In this document: positions 56,168-64,000 of the stretch, in pieces
How the letters are laid out: each line of letters opens with the position of its first letter
Numbering within the stretch: position 1 is the first letter of the stretch
Assembly: GCA_951804945.1 (NCBI GenBank)
Contig: OX638150.1
Coordinates: 42,532,001-42,596,000 of the forward strand
From: Podarcis cretensis
Taxonomy: Eukaryota
Reading direction: 5' to 3'
Length of the DNA: 64,000 nucleotides
The notes under the pieces: model-generated
What the model saw: only the letters and a program-made list of their open reading frames with translations
Told to the model about the DNA's origin: nothing
Databases searched by the model: none
Made by a program: the position numbers and the translations under genes

Positions 56168-56885
56168 GAGGAAGGTTTTTGCCTGATGTCTAAAGATATG
56201 TAACAAAGGTGCCGGGGAAGCCTACATGGGACAGCATTCCACAAGTGTGGAGCCACTGCTGAAAAGGCCTGTTCTTGTGTTGCCCTCCTCCAGATTTCTC
56301 ACAGAGGAGGCACACAAAGAAGTGGCCTGGAAGCTAATTGTTAGCCAGTGCAGTTGGGCCAGGATTAGTGTAATATGCCCAAACCTTCTTGCCCAGTGAG
56401 CAATCTGGTCACTGAATTCTGCACCAGCTGAAGTTTCTGAACCACCTTCAGAGGCAGCCCTACATATAATGTGTTGCAGTAATCTAACCTAGAGGTTACC
56501 AGAGCATAGACCACAGAAGTTAGACTATCCATGTCCTGATAGAGGCGCAGTACGGTCACCAGCCAAAGCTGATGGAAGGCAGTCCACACAACCAAGGCCA
56601 CCTGGGTCTCATGCAATAGCAAAGGATCCAGGAGTACCCCCAAACTACATACCCGCTCCTTCAAAGGGAGTGTAACCCCGTCAAGTGCAGGCAACCTCCT
56701 ACCTTCAGTCTTATCTGGATTGAGCTTCAGTTTGTTGGCTTTTAACCAGTCCCTTAGTGAGGCAAGACAACATTCCAGCACATCCGCTGCCATACCTGCA
56801 GATGCAAAGGAAAAATAGAGCAGTATGTCATCAGCATATTGCTGACAATGTACTCCAGAACTCCAGATGACCCCACTCATTGGTT
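56168..56885 (-). mobile_element. L2 LINE RT fragment
   Basis: ORF 56365-56880 reads QQYADD...WLKANKLKLNPDKTE...LGVLLDP...VTSRLDYCNTLYVGLP...QLVQN. Confidence 0.9.
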
Positions 56886-57007
56886 AATATGGGAAATATC
56901 AGTTACTATCAAAGACTGCAGGGCTCAGCTGGGGCCCCCTGTTATTGCCCAACAAACTTCATGTGTTTGGGTCAGGTTAGGTGATCAGATGTACAGTATT
57001 GGAATTA

Positions 57008-57190
57008 CTGTGGGTCAATGGAAGACCACAGGTTCTGCGTACAAAAGCCTAGGTTTAATCCCCAGCATCTCGTGGTAGAACTGGGAAAGGCTTCTGTCTG
57101 AGACTCTGAAAAACTGCTGTGTAGTAGACAGTTTTGAGCGAGATAGATCTGTGGTCTGACTAGGTATAGGAGATAGCTTCCTATGTTCCA
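57008..57190 (+). mobile_element. Squam3-like tRNA-derived SINE (diverged)
   Basis: ggtttaatccccagcatctc B-box-like region and 3' end ggtctgactaggtatagg..agcttcctatgttcc. Another partial copy lies at about 57790-57885. Confidence 0.6.
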
Positions 57191-57311
57191 ATCCCACCTC
57201 ATTTCCTACTCTTGAGGTTTGCCACACATCCTTCTTCTGAGCAATTTATTGTTCAGACAGACTACAGGTTGCTGCTTTGCATTTACCAGTCTGCATTGAC
57301 ACTTGTCACTC

Positions 57312-57470
57312 GTTGTTGTTGTTGTTGTTGTTGTTGTTATGCCGCTCATCTGACTGGATTGCCCCAGCCACTTTGGATGGCTCTCAACCCAAAACAGTAA
57401 AAAGACAATAAAACATCAAACACTGAAAACTTCCCTAAAAACAGGGCTGCCTTCATATGTCTTTTAATAG
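57312..57470 (-). mobile_element. L2 3' tail with (TTG)n microsatellite
   Basis: (gtt)9 followed by gccgctcatctgactggattgccccagccact. Confidence 0.65.
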
Positions 57471-60008
57471 ATAGCTTCTTGGTCTGTTATCTGACTTGCC
57501 CACTCAAGTTAGAGCATGCCCTCTGTCTTAGAAATGAAGGCTCTAGTCATGGTTCCTTGCTTGTTCACCTGAGTGCCTTCCTTTATCAAGCCACCTGAAG
57601 TCTTACCAAGCCCTCGATTACTCATACTCCGTGCCTGACAATGATTCAAAAAGAGCTTGCACAGCTTCGGGCTTGAATTAACCTACTATTGTACCCACCA
57701 GCTGCGAGGATGGCTACCTGTGGCTTTTGAATTGGAAACACTACATTCGATAGCCACAGGCATTATCAAATGCAACTAAATTTTTGCCTCACTCCTGCCT
57801 GAAACTCCGGAGAATCACTGCCTGTCAATGGCAACAATACTGTGCTAGATGGACCAATTGCCTTACTTGGCTTACCACAGCTATTTCAAGTGTCCCATCT
57901 CAAGAGCACACAGTCCACCACAGCAGAGTTAGGCACTAGATAATTTACAGTGCCATTACAATCCACTCTACCATTATGACCTACCAGCCGATGGATCACG
58001 TAGCTTGCTAAATATGTAGTGCCTGTGAGCATACTGGAATAGAAAGGGGTACATTGCTCCCCTGTTATACTGGTGTTTCACATGGGATCTCTTTATATTG
58101 TCAGTAACCTTGAGATGGCAAGGGAGCTTTCCCTGATGACAGTGTCCTTGACTCTCTTATCAGTGGATTTGCCCCAAAATTGTATGAAAAGAATTAAGGC
58201 ATTAATTAATTAAGAAAACTAAGATAAATCAGAGCAATTGGCCATGAAAATCAGTCTCAACTCTGCAGATACCATCAAACCCTGAGGTGACATTGTAGGA
58301 TTAGGATATAAAAACTGAAAACAAAACAGCAGCACAGTATTTCCGTTTCAGGACAGGATATGTAAGTGTAAAGCCCTTTGGGCAGCCACTTGGTGGCAGC
58401 ATAACTGTGTTTACACCTGCAAAGAGCTGTTGTTGCTGCACCAGCACTTGCACCTCTCCAAGTCAGCATCCTATGGCTGTTTATCAGCTTTTTGATCACG
58501 CAGCAGAAAATACTGGGCTGTAATTTAAACAGAATGGACAGATGCTGAAAACCTTATCAGTCTTCTTCCCTTGGCTCGGTGCTTACTAATATTGCTGCAA
58601 ATGAGACAATACTACGGCTATGCTTTCTCCCTTAGTGGTTTTCATATTTTTGAATGCCTACTTTTTTTCTAGATCAAAACATTACTTTAAAAAGCAATAC
58701 AATAAGTTGATTACTGGGGCAAAGTTTTCAAGTTTATGGGGCAATATGTTCAGCCCCTTGATTTCATTAAGTTGTCCATTTAATGTACAGTACAGATAAG
58801 GAAGAAATAGCACTGTGGAATTTCAAGTGCCTCATTAATGAACATACGTGTATGTGCAGTGTGAGGCTTTGTCCCTAATGCCAATTCCTCTCTCTAATTA
58901 GGCTAACAGGTAGCTGCGCTCTCCTTATGTCCTAATTCCAAATGCTCTAGAAAAGTGAGACAGAAGATACATGTGTTGCAGACTCAGCCAGCCCACTCCT
59001 GTGGATGTTTATGCAGAAATAATTCCCACCGAGTTCACCAGGACCTAGTCTTAAGCAAATGTGCACCTAATACATAAACTGACTTTCTGAAAGTCCTGAG
59101 GGAGAAGTCTGTATATGCAGGACGTGTATGTACCAATTATATTGAGAAATGTAGTATAGATCAAAATTTAAACCACTGGATAGATATATCTAAAAATATA
59201 GGTTGCTAGGGCTTTGCATCAGTCTACACTGCAGAAGGTGTTGGAAAGGTACATGCACGTGAATCACTGTTTTCAGGTTATTTCCAGTGTGATAGCCTTT
59301 TTAAAAAGTGCCACAAAGACCCTTTGTGTACCTTAGGAGCTATTTAAACAGAGATGACAGAGGGTGATGTTTGAGGGGGAAATGGCATATTAAAAAGTTA
59401 CATATCTGGAGCTTGATAGCATTAACGATATAGTTTTTAAATCTTCATAATAATGCATTATTTATGAAACCAACAAAAACGTTTTAGGTGCTCTATGTAA
59501 ATAAAATACCCATGGTCCCTGGCACATGCTCATGATCTAAAATTAAATAATTCAAATCTAAGTACAGAATATAAATGTTATTGTTTAAAATGTAAAAACA
59601 ATAAAATATTACGGGAAGGGTCAATTTCAGCTCAGAGTATTACTACTTGGTAAAGTATTTTTAAAATCTGAATGTAAACTCTTACAAGTCAGGACTATCA
59701 CACCCTACAGTGCAATCTTATACATATCTACTCAAATATAAATCTAACTTAGTTTCAACGGAGCTTACCACCAAATAAGTAGGTATAGAATTGCAGTCTT
59801 AGCCAATTAACTATATGGCTTTTAATGAATAAGTAATTAGATGGTTATGTTTACCAAACATTTACACATGACATCTAATTAAAAAGTAATACTGCATTTT
59901 TAAGGATTCTAAAAGATAATGACTATGCATTGGAAAATTTAAAGAAAATCTAATGACAAGTATTTTATGGAAGAATGCCTTTTTTGGACTATTTAATGAA
60001 ATATAGTA

Positions 60009-60247
60009 CAGTCGTACCTTGTTTTTCGAACAGCTTAGTTCTCAAACATTTTGGCTCCTAAACACCGCAGACTGTTCTGGTTTGTGAACTATTTTTGGAA
60101 GCTGAACGTCTGACGGGGCTTCCACGGCTTCCGATTGGCTGCAGGAGCTTCCTGCAGCCAATCGAAAGCCGCGCTTTGGTTTCTGAACATTTTGGAAGTC
60201 AAATGGACTTCCAGAACAGGTTCTGTACAAATTCCAAGGAACGGCTG
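60009..60247. mobile_element. Tc1/pogo-type MITE with central palindrome
   Basis: TA|CAGTCGTACCTTG ... CAAGGAACGGCTG|TA; internal inverted repeat at 60126-60170. Confidence 0.82.
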
Positions 60248-61537
60248 TATGATGAACTCACGAGCAGGATTTGAGCTATGAGCAACAGAGGTGATTAGAT
60301 TATAATATTGTGGTTATGATTTAATAGATAGAAGATGTGGGGGAGCAGAAGGGGAGAAACAACAACTTCATGGAAAATGGGGTGGGAAGTTGATAAAAAT
60401 AAGAGAAAAGAAGAAATTGTGTTTTGATTGTATATGATAAAAATGCTGAAACTTAATGAAACATAATGGAAAGAATAGAAAACTTAAATTTAAAGATATT
60501 TAAAAAACATTACCTTACATTGTTTAGAGAAACTTTATGTATTTGGTTAAATGCACAACATATTGAATGTACATCTTTTCTACCTGACAAGCCATTAACT
60601 GCAGTTTATGTTCTTGAAAAGTTCAAGCTCCAGTGATTAAAGATTGCTTCTCTTTCTGCAACAATTTCTTATAAAAGAGCTTTCATGGAGCTGTAACATT
60701 TTATATGACATGTGGAGGGAAAGGCTAAAGCTTATTGTTTGCTGTGTTGGATATAAGTTATATAACAACCGCAGACAGCACCACTTGCACTATGCAAGTC
60801 AAAATTATTGGATTAGTGCACATGAGAGCTGTCCTCAAGAAGCTCATTTGATCCATTTGGTCAGCAGACAAAGATGTTTAATGAGGTGTAGGGAAGTATA
60901 CTTATCAGATAATTACTGACAGACTCTAGCTTTGACAAGATGCCAAGATCTGTACAATACACCCAGGCAGCAGCTTTAGATCACCCACCATCCCTTCTTA
61001 GAAAAATTGTGTCCTGGTGTTTGCCCACCAGCCATATATTAAATTATGATATCTATGATAGTCATTGTATGTAAAATGTAGGGATCCCTTTGCCTATGCT
61101 AGCAGGCAGTCTGCATCTAGAGGTTCTGAGTTCAGATCACTGGATGTTGGAAGGAGATGAGGAAAATAACATGAATGTTTCCTAATGAGCCTTATTATCC
61201 AAAAGGAAACACAGACCCTGGTAAGAGCGCTGATACCCCTGGAATCTTGCGCTGCATGTAACATTATGTTCATACCAGAAGAGCTTCAGAAGGAGTATGC
61301 AATGCGAGACCAGAGGAGTGGATAATGTAAAAAGAAAAATTAATTTTAATAACCATTACTAAAAGAACATCACCAAAAAAAGAGCAGGTTGTAGACTATT
61401 ACATCATTGTCAGTTGCACAATAATAAGGTTATGCTTCAAAATACATGCAATAGCACTGTTTTTAAAGTGGAGGTTTCAAGCAGGAAGGAGGCTGAGGCT
61501 GAGTGAGTGCTCAGGCAGTTGCAGTTATGGGAGAATA

Positions 61538-61779
61538 CAGTGGTACCTCAGGTTACATCCGCTTCAGGTTACATATGCTTCAGGTTACAGACTCCGCTAA
61601 CCCAGAAATATTACCTCAGGTGAAGAACTTTGCTTCAGGATGAGAACAGAAATCGTGCTCCGGCGGCGCGGCAGCAGCAGGAGGCCCCATTAGCTAAAGT
61701 GGTGCTTCAGGTTAAGAACAGTTTCAGGTTAAGAACAGACCTCCAGAACGAATTAAGTACTTAACCCAAGGTACCACTG
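61538..61779. mobile_element. Intact Tc1/pogo-type MITE
   Basis: TA|CAGTGGTACCT ... AGGTACCACTG|TA with internal cttcaggtta subrepeats. Confidence 0.92.
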
Positions 61780-63054
61780 TATAGAGAAAGAAGGCGTGGG
61801 GCAAGGTAAAAGCAGAAATGTTGAGTGATGAGAACACATAATAAATCAGGGTAGATGAAACTTGATGATTAAAATGTTGATTTAAATCAGATTTGTTTAA
61901 AAATATCATGCTATAAATCTGAGCGCAAGCAAATTCTTAAACTAAAATTTAATTGCTCTCTTACCAGATTTATTAGCTTCACTCCAGGTAATGCTGAGCT
62001 GCAACCTTATACACACACATACCTAGGAATACACAGTTGAATTCAGTGGTACTTACAGTATTTCTGAGTAGACATGCATGTGGTCTAAGTCACATGAAAA
62101 GCAAAAGGGTTGTGATTTTCTTTCCATTGCTTTCAAAGGTCCTTAGTCATGACTGGCTATAGCTGGAGCAGAGTCTGTTTTTCTGTGTACATGAAGAAAC
62201 AGTTTGCTCAGTTCTCAGATTATGAATGTTTAACTGCTGCCTACCAACCAACCAACCACATATTTGGCCATTTCCTTTCATCTTGTGAAGATAAACTGAT
62301 TTTCTCCAGTAATTACCCACTTCCTTTTCTGGATGGTTCTGGGCCCTAATTTACCTCAACAGAATGCCATGCAATAAATGATTTTTTTAAAGTGTACCTG
62401 CTTTATTTGAATCTCTTTGAATCTTTATTAATATTTAAATGCATATGGTTATATATATCAGTAGTGTACAACTTCTTTGCCCCACACAGCAGTGCAGAGG
62501 CACATCTCAGTGGTGAACAGCCCCTGCCCCCCTCCCCACCTTGTGCATCATATTCACCATCAAAACTGCACTATCCCCAGCCTGCCAAACAGCTGCTCGG
62601 CAGGCTGGGGAAAATCTTATATATATGGAAGCCCAATCATAGCAGAGAGATAGCAACACTCAGCAGTAAAGGCTGTTTGGTCACCTATGCAAGACACACT
62701 TGAAGGCCCCCAAGGGCTGCATGTGGCCCCCAAGTGGTGAGTTGAGCACATGAGGTCTAAAAACTTATTTCATTGTCACAAAATGGGCAGATTAAAGCTA
62801 TTTTAGGTTTATTACAAATTATATAAATACTATAAAATACAATAAACTATTTATAGATACTGTACAGCTCCGACCACTGTGGCCCTAACAGTTACTATTT
62901 AGTTCGTAACAGTATGGAATGGGGATGTCAGTGGTATAAAGACAGCAGAGAGTCAGGCCCATCAGTGACCTGTGGCTACAATTAACAGACTCCCTTCCTG
63001 ACTTATTTCGGCATTTGCCCTTGCACATTACTTTTAACTGAACCAAAGCACTGT

Positions 63055-63302
63055 ACTATAGCACTGTTATACATGGAACTGCCTCTGAAGATGGTTTGGA
63101 AACTTCACTGGTGCAGAATTTGGCGGCCAAGTTGCTCACCAGGGCAAGAGGTTTGAGCATATTGCATCAATCCTGGCCCAACTGCACTGGGTGACAATTA
63201 GTTTCCAGGCCCAATTCAAAGCGCTGGTTTTGACCAATATTGTGAACCACCTTGTGATCTTTGGCTGAAGGGCAGTATAGAGATATAATAAATAATAATA
63301 TC
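63055..63302 (+). mobile_element. Old L2 3' fragment
   Basis: Decayed LYMELPLK..KL..VQN and LHW...FQAQFKALVL, then a tail ending in (ATA)n. Confidence 0.65.
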
Positions 63303-63427
63303 TTATTCTGACAAGTATCAGTTCTTCTAAGGTATCAAGCATCTATGAGGTCTTTTTAAGCACAGCAGCATGAGAAGCAAGGTAACTTACATGGTGTGAA
63401 TATCAGTTTACTTTGCCAGTACCCACT

Positions 63428-63737
63428 GAGCGTCTTGGGCTTGCTGGTTGGAAGGTCAGCGATTCGAATCCATATGACGGAGTGAGTTCCCGTTGCTCTG
63501 TCCCCGCTTCTGCCAACCTAGCAGTTCTAAAGCACACCAGTGCAAGTAGATAAATAGGTATTGCTTTGACAGGAAAGTAAAAGTGTTTCCATGCGTTATG
63601 GTGTTCCATTGCACCAGAAGAGGTTTAATCATGCTGGCCACAAGACCCAGAAAGCTGTCTGTGAACAAACACCGGCTCCCTTGCCTTGAAGCTTTGACTG
63701 GACTTAACTGTCCAGGGGTCCTTTACCTTTACACTTT
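63428..63737 (+). mobile_element. Diverged Sauria SINE
   Basis: gattcgaatcc B-box, gccaacctagcagttc core, gcaagtagataaataggta, and a ggggtcctttacctttac tail. Confidence 0.85.
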
Positions 63738-64000
63738 GCCAGTGTTCTTTTATTTTAATGGCTTGCCATACTGTCTGAGGGAACTTTATGATGACAATGC
63801 AACCCCATATTGTAAGGGCAATTTGGGTCTCTTCCCCCCCCCCCTTTCCTGATGCCGTCATTCCAGTTCAATTACTGGAGACATTTTCAAGGAGAGAAGT
63901 CACAAAAAGTTCAGCGGGTGTAGGATTGTAGCCTCTCAAAGAATTTAGTGGGACTTCTGAGTAAACCTAAATTGTATTGCAGCGTGGGTTTCATGAGGAT

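Noticed and set aside
61538-61740. Repeated cttcaggtta units resembling a CRISPR-like array
   Set aside because: These are internal subrepeats of a TIR-bounded MITE in a vertebrate genome, short and irregularly spaced.
50720-64000. Expected next syntenic gene (NARF in mammals)
   Set aside because: No exon-like ORF with recognisable homology was found; the gene presumably lies beyond the window.

Overview
Vertebrate genomic DNA from a squamate reptile: Sauria SINEs indicate Squamata, and the repeat subfamilies look lacertid, which is an inference. The window holds the conserved RAB40B-WDR45B-FOXK2 block. It contains the last two coding exons of RAB40B (+, 1-1702) and the complete 10-exon WDR45B/WIPI3 gene (+, CDS 6612-15526, 1035 nt = 344 aa). 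It also contains the complete 9-exon FOXK2 gene (-, CDS 50225-21068, 1962 nt = 653 aa), which converges tail-to-tail on WDR45B. Both complete genes start in CpG islands, and all exons were placed on GT-AG boundaries with consistent phase. Introns and the ~13 kb upstream of FOXK2 are rich in repeats: Sauria SINEs, Squam3-like tRNA SINEs, L2 and CR1 LINE fragments, Tc1/pogo and hAT MITEs, a 5S-derived head and Penelope-like termini. The most striking non-genic structure is a Penelope-derived fold-back at 53707-53930. It has perfect 71-bp inverted arms, a 14-bp target-site duplication and an intact minimal hammerhead ribozyme at its apex. A second, damaged copy of this ribozyme sits in a nested transposon stack just upstream of the WDR45B promoter. 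Comparisons with human orthologues and repeat consensus sequences are from memory, not from a search.
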